Below are positions 1 to 8,996 of a stretch of DNA of 64,000 nucleotides, piece by piece. Each line of letters opens with the position of its first letter. The stretch's first letter is position 1. A program made the position numbers and the translations under genes. The notes under the pieces are model-generated. The model saw only the letters and a list, made by a program, of their open reading frames with translations, did no database searches and was not told the DNA's origin. Source of the DNA: Aliihoeflea sp. (GTDB lineage: Bacteria > Pseudomonadota > Alphaproteobacteria > Rhizobiales > Rhizobiaceae); contig JBQVNB010000004.1 in NCBI GenBank assembly GCA_052435735.1, forward strand, positions 30,541 through 94,540, read 5' to 3'.

Positions 1-1407
1 GCTCTCGCGGTAGCCGCCGAAGCCGCAGGCGGCATCGAACATGTTGGTGCCGTTGATCCAGACGACACCGGCCTTGAGCTTGGGCGCAGCGTCGAGCGCG
101 AGGTTGATGTTCTCGCTCCAGACCGAAGCAGCAAGGCCGTAGCGGGTGTTGTTGGCGATCGACACCGCTTCGTCGGTCGTGCGGAAGGTCATCGCGGCGA
201 GGACGGGGCCGAACACCTCCTCCTGCGCCAGGACGTTCGCCGGCGCGAGATTGGTGGCGAGAACCGGCAGGTGGTAGTGGCCCTCTGTCGGAACCGCGCA
301 GTCCGGCTGCCAGCAGATCGCGCCTTCGGACGCGCCCTGCGCGACAAGACGGCGCACACGCTCCAACTGCGTCCTGTCGACGAGCGGGCCGATATCGGTG
401 TTCTTGTCCAGCGGATCGCCAAGCCGAAGCTTGCCCATGCGCGCCTTGACCTTTTCGACGAAACGTTCGGCAATGCCTTCCTGCACGAGGAGGCGCGAGC
501 CGGCGCAGCAGACCTGGCCCTGGTTGAACCAGATGCCGTCGACCAGCCCTTCGACGGCGGAATCGAGATCGGCGTCCTCGAAGACGATGAAGGCGGATTT
601 GCCGCCGAGTTCGAGCGACAATTTCTTTCCGGTGCCGGCGGTCGCCTTGCGGATGATCTTGCCGACCTCGGACGAACCGGTGAAGGCGATCTTGTCGATG
701 TCGGCATGGTCGACGATGGCGGAGCCGGCTTCAGGGCCGCCCTGGACGATGTTGACGACGCCCTTCGGCAGGCCGACGCGGGCGCAGATTTCGGCGAAGA
801 GAACGGCAGTGAGTGGCGTGAACTCGGCCGGCTTGAGGACGACCGTGCAGCCGGCGGCGAGCGCCGGCGCGATCTTCCAGGCGAGCATCAGGAGCGGGAA
901 GTTCCAGGGGATGATCTGGCCCGCGACGCCGGCGGCCTTGTGACCGGGAAATTCCTTGTCGAGCGCCTGCGCCCAGCCGGCGTGATGGATGAAATGGCGG
1001 ATCGCCAGCGGAACGTCGATGTCGCGGGTTTCGCGGATCGGCTTGCCATTGTCGAGCGACTCCAGCACCGCGAAGAGTCGTGTATGGCGCTGCATCGCGC
1101 GGCCGATCGCATAAAGATGGCGCGCACGCTCATAGCCCGACAGCGCCTGCCATTTCGGCAGCGCCTTGCGGGCGGCCGCGACGGCGGCGTCGATATCCGC
1201 AGCGCCCGCCTCGCCGAGCGTGGCGAGCAGCTTGCCCGAAGCGGGCTCGCGGGTCTCGAAGGTCTTGCCGGAGGCCGGCTTCACCCAATCGCCGTTGATG
1301 AAGAGCGATGCGGCCAGATCCCGCGCGGCCAGCCAGCGGTCGGCTTCCGAGCGGGATTCGGGGGCGGGGCCATATTCCATGGCGTCATAACGTTCCAGAA
1401 TGTTCAC
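1..1407 (-). CDS. NAD-dependent aldehyde dehydrogenase (partial, C-terminus runs off the left edge)
   Basis: Own minus-strand translation: MNILERYDAMEYGPAPES...IIPWNFPLLMLAWKIAPALAAGC...LELGGKSAFIVF...NQGQVCCAGSRL...EEVFGP, which are classic ALDH motifs. Start is GTG 1407 or in-frame ATG 1380. Absent from the ORF track because it is open at position 1. Lies 25 nt downstream of deoC, so probably one operon. Confidence 0.9.
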   Translation of the reverse strand, partial: MNILERYDAMEYGPAPESRSEADRWLAARDLAASLFINGDWVKPASGKTFETREPASGKLLATLGEAGAADIDAAVAAARKALPKWQALSGYERARHLYAIGRAMQRHTRLFAVLESLDNGKPIRETRDIDVPLAIRHFIHHAGWAQALDKEFPGHKAAGVAGQIIPWNFPLLMLAWKIAPALAAGCTVVLKPAEFTPLTAVLFAEICARVGLPKGVVNIVQGGPEAGSAIVDHADIDKIAFTGSSEVGKIIRKATAGTGKKLSLELGGKSAFIVFEDADLDSAVEGLVDGIWFNQGQVCCAGSRLLVQEGIAERFVEKVKARMGKLRLGDPLDKNTDIGPLVDRTQLERVRRLVAQGASEGAICWQPDCAVPTEGHYHLPVLATNLAPANVLAQEEVFGPVLAAMTFRTTDEAVSIANNTRYGLAASVWSENINLALDAAPKLKAGVVWINGTNMFDAACGFGGYRES

Positions 1408-1432
1408 GACTCAAGCTTCCGGGTTTCGGCCG

Positions 1433-2449
1433 TCAGGCCATGGCGTGACGGTGGGCGGCGGAGTAGCGCCCGGTCAGGTGATGTTCGAGCTGGCGCTCGA
1501 TGTCGGTCAGAAGGCTCGATGCGCCGAAGCGGAAGAGATCCGGCTCCAGCCAGCGCCGGCCGAGTTCCTCGCGCATCAGGACCAGCCAGTCGAGTGAGGC
1601 CTTGGCGGTGGAGATGCCGCCTGCCGGCTTGAAACCGATGAAGAGGCCGGTTCGCTCGTAATATTCGCGGATGGCACGCACCATGACGAGGCCGACGGGC
1701 AGCGTCGCGTTGACGCTTTCCTTGCCGGTCGAGGTCTTGATGAAATCGGCGCCGGCCATCATCGCCACCATCGAGGCGAGCATGACGTTGCGCAGCGTCG
1801 CAAGATCGCCGGTGCCGAGGATGACCTTCAGATGCGCCTCGCCGCAGGCTTCGCGGAAGGCGGCGATCTCGTCATAGAGTTCCTGCCAGCGGGCGCCGAA
1901 GACGAGGCCGCGCGGGATGACGATGTCGATCTCGTCGGCACCGTCAGCGACCGAGGCACGGACTTCGGCAAGCCGCGTCTCGAGCGGCGCAAGGCCGTGC
2001 GGGAAGGCGGTGGATACCGCCGCGACATGGATGCCGCTGCCCTCGAGTGCCGCGACCGCCGTCGCGACGAAGGGATGGTAGACGCAGACCGCGGCCGGGC
2101 GGATGGGCCGGTCGGTGAGGCCGAGGCCAGCCACCAGATCCGCTCGCAGCGGATTGAGCGCCTTGGCGCAAAGCCGTTTGACGCGGTCCGGCGTGTCGTC
2201 GCTCGAAAGCGTCGTCAGGTCCATCAGCGAAATCGATCTGAGAAGCCATGCGGCCTGATTGTCGGCCTTGATCGAGCGGCGCTTGGTCAGCGTCTGGACG
2301 CGGCGTTCAAGCGCGCTCTTGTTGACGTGGCGCATCGCCTCAAGCCAGCCAAGATCGAGCGGCTGGCCGGGATTGCGCTTGAGCCCGTCACTGGCTGCGC
2401 CGGCAGAGGGAAGATGGTGCAGGGTGGCGGCCTGGAGCTTTGCCGTCAT
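1433..2449 (-). CDS. deoC: deoxyribose-phosphate aldolase (long form)
   Basis: Track ORF 1433..2569 trimmed to MTAKLQAA (ATG 2449). Contains DLTTLSSDDT, ADFIKTSTGK (Schiff-base Lys region) and FKPAGGI motifs of DeoC-family class I aldolases. Confidence 0.85.
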   Translation of the reverse strand: MTAKLQAATLHHLPSAGAASDGLKRNPGQPLDLGWLEAMRHVNKSALERRVQTLTKRRSIKADNQAAWLLRSISLMDLTTLSSDDTPDRVKRLCAKALNPLRADLVAGLGLTDRPIRPAAVCVYHPFVATAVAALEGSGIHVAAVSTAFPHGLAPLETRLAEVRASVADGADEIDIVIPRGLVFGARWQELYDEIAAFREACGEAHLKVILGTGDLATLRNVMLASMVAMMAGADFIKTSTGKESVNATLPVGLVMVRAIREYYERTGLFIGFKPAGGISTAKASLDWLVLMREELGRRWLEPDLFRFGASSLLTDIERQLEHHLTGRYSAAHRHAMA

Positions 2450-2555
2450 TGTTCTTGTTTTCCAGTTCGTCTTGTCCCGCACGATATCGCACGAAACCGC
2501 GCCAAGTGGAATGCTGGACCGCAATACGCCGCCCCTGGATTGTTTTGAAACATAA

Positions 2556-2573
2556 TAGTTTGGGTGCAAACAA
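2556..2573. promoter_or_regulatory. operator-like inverted repeat TAGTTTGGGTGCAAACAA (GTTTG-N4-CAAAC) in the deoC / TRAP divergent promoter region
   Basis: Matches 15 of 18 positions of a second copy at 8473..8490. Sits in an AT-rich patch about 107 bp from both divergent start codons. Confidence 0.45.
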
Positions 2574-2679
2574 GGCAGTTGCCAGCAGCGTCGACCTCGT
2601 TATAGGCTCCACTCTCGCCAAGGGCCGGATGGGAGGAACTCCCGGCCCTCGGCACGCGCCAACGGGAGGAGGAACCCCA

Positions 2680-3711
2680 ATGTCGAAGAAGTTGCTTGCC
2701 GCACCGCTCGTCGCCGCCAGCTTCGCAGCGCTGATGTCCAGCGCCGCAATGGCGCAGGACGCGCCTGTCGAACTGCGTTTCGCACATTGGCTGCCGCCGC
2801 AGCATCCCCTGCACGTGATGGGCATGACCGAATGGATCGAATCCATTCAGGAAGCGTCTGGCGGCTCCATCAAGATCACGATCTACCCGGCCCAGCAGCT
2901 CGGGCAGGCGGGCGATCACTACGATATGGCGCGCGACGGCATCGCCGATATCTCCTTCGTCAATCCGGGCTATCAGCCGGGCCGCTTTCCGATCATCGCG
3001 GCCGGCGAACTGCCGTTTCTCGCGTCGAACGCCACCGGAGGTTCGGCTGCGCTGGACGCCTGGTATCGCGAATATTCCGAACAGGAGATGGCCGACGTGA
3101 AGGCCTGCCTCGTTCACTTCCATTCGCCCGGCACCTTCCATTCGCGCGAGGCGATCAAGGTGCCCGAGGACGTGCGCGGCTTGAACGTACGCCCCGCCCA
3201 CGCGACGATGGCGGCTTTCGTTTCGGCGCTCGGCGGCCAGAACTTCCAGGTTTCGGCTCCCGAATCGCGCGACGCGCTGGAGCGCGGCGTCGCGGACGTG
3301 ATTTCCTTCCCGTGGAATTCGATCCTGATCTTCGGCATCGAGGGCGTGGCGACCAACCATCTCGACCTTCCGCTTTATGCGACGACCTTTGCCTGGACGA
3401 TCAACAAGGCGCGCTACGAAGGATTGTCGGAGGCGCAGCGGCAGGTGATCGACGACCACTGCACGAGCGAGTGGGCCGAACGCGTGGCGTCTGGGTGGGC
3501 CGGCGACGAGGATTCCGGCCGCGAAAAGCTGATCGCGATGGAAGGCCACGAGGCCTACGTTCCCACCGACGAGGAAGTCGCGCTGTGGCGCGAGGCCGCA
3601 GCTCCCCTGAAGGATAGCTGGACCCAGGCCGTCACCGGCGCCGGCCATGATGCCGACGCCGTCTTCCAGGGGCTTGTCGATGCGCTCGAAGAGCGCGACG
3701 CTGCATATTGA
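2680..3711 (+). CDS. TRAP transporter substrate-binding protein (DctP type)
   Basis: Track ORF 2440..3711 trimmed to MSKKLLAAPLVAASFAALMSSAAMAQD (signal peptide), with GGGAGGAGG Shine-Dalgarno upstream of ATG 2680. ELRFAHWLPPQHP is a DctP-family N-terminal motif. Confidence 0.85.
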   Translation: MSKKLLAAPLVAASFAALMSSAAMAQDAPVELRFAHWLPPQHPLHVMGMTEWIESIQEASGGSIKITIYPAQQLGQAGDHYDMARDGIADISFVNPGYQPGRFPIIAAGELPFLASNATGGSAALDAWYREYSEQEMADVKACLVHFHSPGTFHSREAIKVPEDVRGLNVRPAHATMAAFVSALGGQNFQVSAPESRDALERGVADVISFPWNSILIFGIEGVATNHLDLPLYATTFAWTINKARYEGLSEAQRQVIDDHCTSEWAERVASGWAGDEDSGREKLIAMEGHEAYVPTDEEVALWREAAAPLKDSWTQAVTGAGHDADAVFQGLVDALEERDAAY

Positions 3712-3780
3712 GGTCCATAGCCCGGCCGATTCCGCGGAAGCGGGGTCGGCCGGTACGATCCGCAGGAGGAGACGGCACGG

Positions 3781-4284
3781 ATGAACAAGGGTGAAGCTGC
3801 GCTTCGGCGCGTCGTCCAGATCGTCGACGGGGCGGCGGCCGTCTTTCTGGCCGTCATCACCATACTCACCTTCGCCGCCGTGATCATGCGCTACGTCTTG
3901 CAGATGCCGTTTCCCGGCTCTTTCGACGTCAGCCGCCTGCTGCTGGGCGTGGCGATCTTCTGGGGCATCGCCGCCGCCGCATATCGCAAGGACCACATCC
4001 AGGTGGATCTGTTCTGGCAGATCCTGCCGCCGGCCGGCCGCCGTATCCTCGACGTCTTTTCCGACATCGTCTTCGCGATCTTTATGGCGGCGATGGCATG
4101 GATGCTGTTCTGGCAGGTCGACCGGGTGCGCCTGTCGCGCCAGACCACGTTCGAACTCGCGATCCCGATCTGGCCTTTCTACGGCATCGCCTGGCTCGGC
4201 ATAGGGCTTTGCCTTCTCGTTCTCGTCGCCCGCATCCTGCGCGGCTTCGTCACCCCTCTTGGCGATCCGGCTGAACATTCATGA
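3781..4284 (+). CDS. TRAP transporter small permease (DctQ type)
   Basis: 167-aa protein with 4 TM segments directly before the large permease. ATGA stop/start overlap with the next gene. Confidence 0.8.
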   Translation: MNKGEAALRRVVQIVDGAAAVFLAVITILTFAAVIMRYVLQMPFPGSFDVSRLLLGVAIFWGIAAAAYRKDHIQVDLFWQILPPAGRRILDVFSDIVFAIFMAAMAWMLFWQVDRVRLSRQTTFELAIPIWPFYGIAWLGIGLCLLVLVARILRGFVTPLGDPAEHS

Positions 4285-5585
4285 TGACCACCGATTTCGT
4301 AGCGGTCGGCGGTTTCGTCGCCCTATTTCTGCTCCTGATCCTGCGCGTCCCGATTGGCGTCGCGATGGGCGTGGTCGGCGTCGGCGGGTTCGGCCTGCTG
4401 GCAGCTTGGGACCCGGCCTTGAACCTTCTGGCGATTTCGCCGATCCGTACCGTCACCGACTATTCGCTCGGCCTGATCCCCATGTTCATCCTGATGGGGG
4501 CGGTGGCCTCGGCCTCGGGCATGAGTGGCGAGCTCTACCGGGCTGCCAACGCTTTTCTCGGCCACCGCAAGGGCGGACTCGCGATGGCGACGATCACCGC
4601 CTGCGGCGGCTTTTCGGCGATCTGCGGATCGTCCGTGGCGACGGCCGCCACCATGGCCAAGGTCGCGTTGCCCGAGATGAAGCGCTACGGCTATCCCGAT
4701 ACGCTGGCGACCGGATCGATCGCGGCGGGCGGGACGCTCGGCATCCTGATCCCGCCCTCCATCGTGCTCGCGATCTACGGCGTCATGACCGAGCAGGATA
4801 TTGGCCAGCTCTTCATCGCCGGCCTGATACCGGGCATCCTGGCCATGGTGATGTATCTCGTCACCGTGCAGCTCTACATCCGATTTCGAGGCATCGAGAT
4901 CCCGGTGCAGGAGCGGATCGGCTGGGGCGAGCGCCTCGCGGCCCTTCGCGGCGTCTGGGCGATCGTGCTTCTCTTCATCTTCATCATCGGCGGAATTTAT
5001 GGCGGCATCTTCACGCCGTCGGAAGCGGCGGGCATGGGCGCGGCCGGCGCGATCGTCATTTCCATGGCACGCCGCCGACTGCCGCTGAAGCGTCTGTTCG
5101 ACTGCCTTCTGGAAAGCATCCAGGTGACGGCCGGCATCTTCATGATCCTGATCGGCGCGATCCTGTTCGGCTATTTCCTCACCATCACGCAGACCCCGCA
5201 GAAGGTGACGAACTTCCTGCTCGGCCTCGAACTTGGTGCGTATCCGACGCTTCTGCTGATCCTCCTGTTCATGATCGCGCTCGGCTGTATCCTCGATGCG
5301 ATGGCCATGATCATCCTGATGATCCCCATCCTGTTCCCCGTCGCGATGGCGCTGGGCTTCGACCCGATCTGGTTCGGCGTCGTCATCGTGATGACGGTGG
5401 AGCTGGGCATGATCACGCCGCCGATCGGGATGAATGTCTTCGTCATCAACTCGCTGGCGCGCGACGTGCCGCTGCAGAAAATCTATGCCGGCGTCATGCC
5501 GTTCGTGATGACGGACATCGTCAGGCTGGGGCTGATCATCCTCTTCCCCGCAATCGTGCTCTTCCTGCCGCAGACCATGCGGTAG
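4281..5585 (+). CDS. TRAP transporter large permease (DctM type)
   Basis: 434-aa polytopic membrane protein with typical DctM sequence (GGFSAICGSSVATAATM, IPPSIVLAIYG). Confidence 0.9.
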   Translation: MMTTDFVAVGGFVALFLLLILRVPIGVAMGVVGVGGFGLLAAWDPALNLLAISPIRTVTDYSLGLIPMFILMGAVASASGMSGELYRAANAFLGHRKGGLAMATITACGGFSAICGSSVATAATMAKVALPEMKRYGYPDTLATGSIAAGGTLGILIPPSIVLAIYGVMTEQDIGQLFIAGLIPGILAMVMYLVTVQLYIRFRGIEIPVQERIGWGERLAALRGVWAIVLLFIFIIGGIYGGIFTPSEAAGMGAAGAIVISMARRRLPLKRLFDCLLESIQVTAGIFMILIGAILFGYFLTITQTPQKVTNFLLGLELGAYPTLLLILLFMIALGCILDAMAMIILMIPILFPVAMALGFDPIWFGVVIVMTVELGMITPPIGMNVFVINSLARDVPLQKIYAGVMPFVMTDIVRLGLIILFPAIVLFLPQTMR

Positions 5586-5589
5586 CATC

Positions 5590-6714
5590 GTGGCGCCTTC
5601 CTTCGCCAGCGTCGAGGACATGCGCCGGCGGGCAAAGCGACGGCTGCCGCGCGCGATCTTCGACTATGTCGACGGCGGGGCGGGGGACGACCGCGGCGTC
5701 CGCCGCAATCGCGAAGCGATCGAACGGCGCCTGTTGAAATTGAGACCGCTGACGAATGTCAGCCAGCGCGACATGTCGGTGCCGTTGCTCGGCGGCCATC
5801 TCCCGCTGCCCTTTCTGATTGGCCCGACCGGTCTCAACGGCGCGATCATGCCGGGGGGCGACGTGGCGCTGGCGCTCGCGGCCGCCAAGTTCGGCATTCC
5901 GTTCGTGCTGTCGACCGCGTCCAGCATGTCGATCGAGGACGTCGCCCGCCAGGTCGATGGCGAGCTCTGGTTCCAGCTCTACATCCTCAACCGCGACGCC
6001 GCGCGGCAATTCGTCGATCGGGCGCTGAATGCGGGATATCGAACCCTCGTCCTGACGGTCGACGTGCCGGTCGGTGGGCGACGCGACCGCGACTTTCGCA
6101 ACGGCTTCGGCGTGCCGTTCCAGATGACGCCGCGTTTCGCGCTCGACTGCGCGCTCCACCCTGGCTGGGCACTGAAGCAGTTGCGCGGTGGCGCGCCGCA
6201 ACTGGCCAATCTGCGCAGGACCGGGGCGACGGACGCAAACAGCCAGGCATTGCTGATGCTGCGCCAGATGGATGGGAGTTTCGACTGGGACGACCTGAAG
6301 GCGCTGCGCGATCGGTGGCCGCATCGGCTGATCGTCAAGGGGCTGACAGATCCGGCCGACTGCGCGCGATGCTTCTCACTGGGGGTCGACGCCGTGGTGC
6401 TGTCGAACCATGGCGGGCGTCAACTCGAGGACGTGGTGGCGGGGTTCGATATGATCGACCGGATCGACGTTCCGGAGGGAAAGGCGCTTCTGGTGGACGG
6501 CGGCTTTCGCCGAGGGGCGGACATCGTCAAGGCGCTCGCGCTCGGCGCCGGTGCCGTCATGCTGGGACGTGCAACACTCTACGGGCTGGCTGCCGCCGGA
6601 CAGGCAGGTGTCGAACAGGTGATCGAGACGCTGCGCCTCGAGATCGACAACACGCTGGCGCTGATCGGCTGCCCGAATGCCGCCGCCCTTGGCCGAGACG
6701 TCCTCCAGGACTAG
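5590..6714 (+). CDS. FMN-dependent alpha-hydroxy acid dehydrogenase (LldD / mandelate dehydrogenase family)
   Basis: RRAKRRLPRAIFDYVDGGAGDD, WFQLY, VLTVDVPVGGRRDRD, LSNHGGRQLE, DGGFRRGADIVKALALGA. GTG start 4 nt after the dctM stop (alternative ATG 5620). Confidence 0.88.
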   Translation: MAPSFASVEDMRRRAKRRLPRAIFDYVDGGAGDDRGVRRNREAIERRLLKLRPLTNVSQRDMSVPLLGGHLPLPFLIGPTGLNGAIMPGGDVALALAAAKFGIPFVLSTASSMSIEDVARQVDGELWFQLYILNRDAARQFVDRALNAGYRTLVLTVDVPVGGRRDRDFRNGFGVPFQMTPRFALDCALHPGWALKQLRGGAPQLANLRRTGATDANSQALLMLRQMDGSFDWDDLKALRDRWPHRLIVKGLTDPADCARCFSLGVDAVVLSNHGGRQLEDVVAGFDMIDRIDVPEGKALLVDGGFRRGADIVKALALGAGAVMLGRATLYGLAAAGQAGVEQVIETLRLEIDNTLALIGCPNAAALGRDVLQD

Positions 6715-8432
6715 CCGATCGCGACCTCGACCAGCGCAAGCTGACGCTTCTCCTCGATATGCCGGATCGCGTTCGCCAGCGCGCGCGGCAGATCTGCGGC
6801 CGCCGTAACCTTGACCGCGAAGGCGCGGCTTGCTTCGGCGACCTTGGTGAAGTCGGGCGAGGGGTCGAGCGAGGTCAGGGGCATGCGGTTGGCCTTGGCC
6901 GCATAGCCCTCCGGGTAAAGCCCGGTCACCGAATGCCGCACCGCCCCCCATTCCGAATTGTTGAGGATGACGACGAGGATCGGCAGGTCCAGCGCTTCGG
7001 CAATCTGATGGCACGCGACCGGGTTCGAGAAGACGTAGGAGCCGTCGCCCATCGTGGCGACGACGAGCTTCGTCCTGTCGGCGAGCTGCATTCCCATCGC
7101 GCAGGGAAACGACCAGCCAAGCCCGCCCGCATGCGGCTCCTGATGCCAGGAATTGTGCCGGTCGAGGACGATCGGGTCGAGCGGGCAGCCAAGTTCGGAC
7201 AGGATGGTCGCGTTCTTGCCAGATACTGCGTCCGACAGGCAATTCGATACATAGGCCTTCGACATCGGCTCGCTTGGCGCGGCAGCCTTTGCGGTGCCGG
7301 CGCGAATTTGCGGAACACGCTCGGCAAGCAGCGCCTGACGCTGCATCCTGGCTCCGACATGCCGGTTCATCATCGGCCGCATCGCGGCTGCGAGCGCGAG
7401 AATGCCCTCGTCGGTCTGCGTCGTAATCGTCACGTCGGACCGGAAATTGCGAACCGGCGTGCGCGCGAAGAGAGGATCAGGGCCCATGTGAATGAATTTT
7501 GCGCCCGATGCCGGCCGGTGCATGTCCGGCCACCACGGCGCGAGCGCATCGAGCACCAGCACCACATCCGCCTCGCCAAGCCACGGCATCGGATCGGCAC
7601 CGACATAACAGGGATGATCGGTTGCGATGGCGGTCGCGACGGCCCACCATTGGCAAACCGGGATCGACCAATCGGTGACGAACTGGGACAATGCGGCAAA
7701 GCCCGCCTCGCTGCCGGCGCCACGCTGGGCGATGATGAGGGGATTGCGCGCTTCGGCGAGCAGCCGGGCGGCCTGGCCGATCAGCGCCATGTCCGCAGCC
7801 GGGCGGGTGGGCTGCATCGACGCCGGAGCGTCGAGACCTGCCGCAGCCACGTCCTCGCAAAGAACCTCGCGCGGCAGGCTCAGATAGACCGGCCCCTTGG
7901 GCAGGGAATTGGAGATGGCGTGGGCGCGGTCGAGAAGCGGCCCGACCTGTTCGGGGAAGCGCAGCTCATAGTCCCATTTGGAGGCTTCGCGCACGAGCGC
8001 GGCCTGGTCGCGCATTTCCTGCCCCCAGCCGATAGGAACCGTCCGCGCGCCGAACCGGCCTTCCTCGGTGACGGGCGTTCGGCCGGACATCATGAGGATG
8101 GGCACCTGGTCGACGGCCGCATTGATCGCGCCGATGGACCCGTTGGCAAGGCCGACATTGGTGTGCAGGATCACGGCCTGCGCCTTGCCGGTCGCGAAAT
8201 AATAGCCATGCGCCATGCCCATCGCAGCGTGCTCGTGCGGTATGACGATCGCGTGGGGAAGGGGAATGTCACGTGCCGAAGCTTCGGCAAGCCCTTCGAT
8301 GATGGGCGGGAAATCGGTGCCCGAATTGCAGAAGACGTAATCGACGCCGAGCGCCTTGAGCCGCGCGAAGAGCGCGGCGCCCGCGGTCATCCTCGTGGTG
8401 TCACCGGGCCTGTCGGCGAAACTTTTCAGCAT
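6711..8432 (-). CDS. thiamine diphosphate-dependent enzyme (acetolactate synthase / benzoylformate decarboxylase superfamily)
   Basis: 573 aa. N-terminal Pyr domain (GVDYVFCNSGTDFPP...HEHAAMGMAHGY) and C-terminal ThDP motif GDGSYVFSNP...NN. AGGAGG Shine-Dalgarno 6 nt upstream of ATG 8432. Confidence 0.85.
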   Translation of the reverse strand: MLKSFADRPGDTTRMTAGAALFARLKALGVDYVFCNSGTDFPPIIEGLAEASARDIPLPHAIVIPHEHAAMGMAHGYYFATGKAQAVILHTNVGLANGSIGAINAAVDQVPILMMSGRTPVTEEGRFGARTVPIGWGQEMRDQAALVREASKWDYELRFPEQVGPLLDRAHAISNSLPKGPVYLSLPREVLCEDVAAAGLDAPASMQPTRPAADMALIGQAARLLAEARNPLIIAQRGAGSEAGFAALSQFVTDWSIPVCQWWAVATAIATDHPCYVGADPMPWLGEADVVLVLDALAPWWPDMHRPASGAKFIHMGPDPLFARTPVRNFRSDVTITTQTDEGILALAAAMRPMMNRHVGARMQRQALLAERVPQIRAGTAKAAAPSEPMSKAYVSNCLSDAVSGKNATILSELGCPLDPIVLDRHNSWHQEPHAGGLGWSFPCAMGMQLADRTKLVVATMGDGSYVFSNPVACHQIAEALDLPILVVILNNSEWGAVRHSVTGLYPEGYAAKANRMPLTSLDPSPDFTKVAEASRAFAVKVTAAADLPRALANAIRHIEEKRQLALVEVAIG

Positions 8433-8467
8433 CGATACCTCCTGCAGCCAAGCGCCGAGTTGGCGCT

Positions 8468-8490
8468 CAAACTAGTTTGGTATCAAACAA
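8468..8490. promoter_or_regulatory. operator-like triple half-site CAAAC-TA-GTTTG-GTAT-CAAAC upstream of the ThDP enzyme gene
   Basis: Perfect 12-bp palindrome CAAACTAGTTTG (8468..8479) overlapping GTTTG-N4-CAAAC (8475..8488). Lies 36-56 bp upstream of ATG 8432. The same 18-mer family occurs at 2556..2573. Confidence 0.45.
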
Positions 8491-8516
8491 TCTTTCTGAA
8501 AGCAGCGCAAGCGCGC

Positions 8517-8996
8517 TCAGTCGATCTCGGCCGCGATTCGCCTCAGAAGGTTAAGCAGCTCCGCCTTCTGATCGCCGACGATCTGATCGAGCCGACGGTC
8601 GTGTTCCGCCGCATGGCGTGCCAAATCCGCCAGCCGCGCGGAGCCTTCCGGCGTGGCGAAGAGCGCATAGCTGCGCCGGTCGCGCGCGATCGGCTGCTTT
8701 TCGACGAAGCCGTCGCGGATCATGTCGCGCAGAAGCGGCGTCAGGGTCGACTTGTCGCGGCCGGACGCGCGCGAAAGCGTCATCGGCGTGATGCCGGGAT
8801 TATCCTTGATGAGGCTGAGCAGCGCGAACCAGCCTGGCCTGAGATCGGTCTGTCCCGTCTTGCGCTGGAAGGAGCGGAACGACGCGTTCTGGGCAAGGCG
8901 CAGGTGAAAGCCAATATAGTCGTCGAGCTTGCCGAGCACGATGTCTCCGCCCGACATGTTTTCCGTCTCCACCCGAAGCGGCTTTACCTCATTCAT
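8517..8996 (-). CDS. MarR family transcriptional regulator
   Basis: Track ORF 8517..9380 trimmed to MNEVKPL (ATG 8996, alternative MSGGD at 8957). Winged-helix region ITPMTLSRASGRDKSTLTPLLRDMIRDGFVEKQPIARDRRSYALFATPEG. Confidence 0.8.
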   Translation of the reverse strand: MNEVKPLRVETENMSGGDIVLGKLDDYIGFHLRLAQNASFRSFQRKTGQTDLRPGWFALLSLIKDNPGITPMTLSRASGRDKSTLTPLLRDMIRDGFVEKQPIARDRRSYALFATPEGSARLADLARHAAEHDRRLDQIVGDQKAELLNLLRRIAAEID

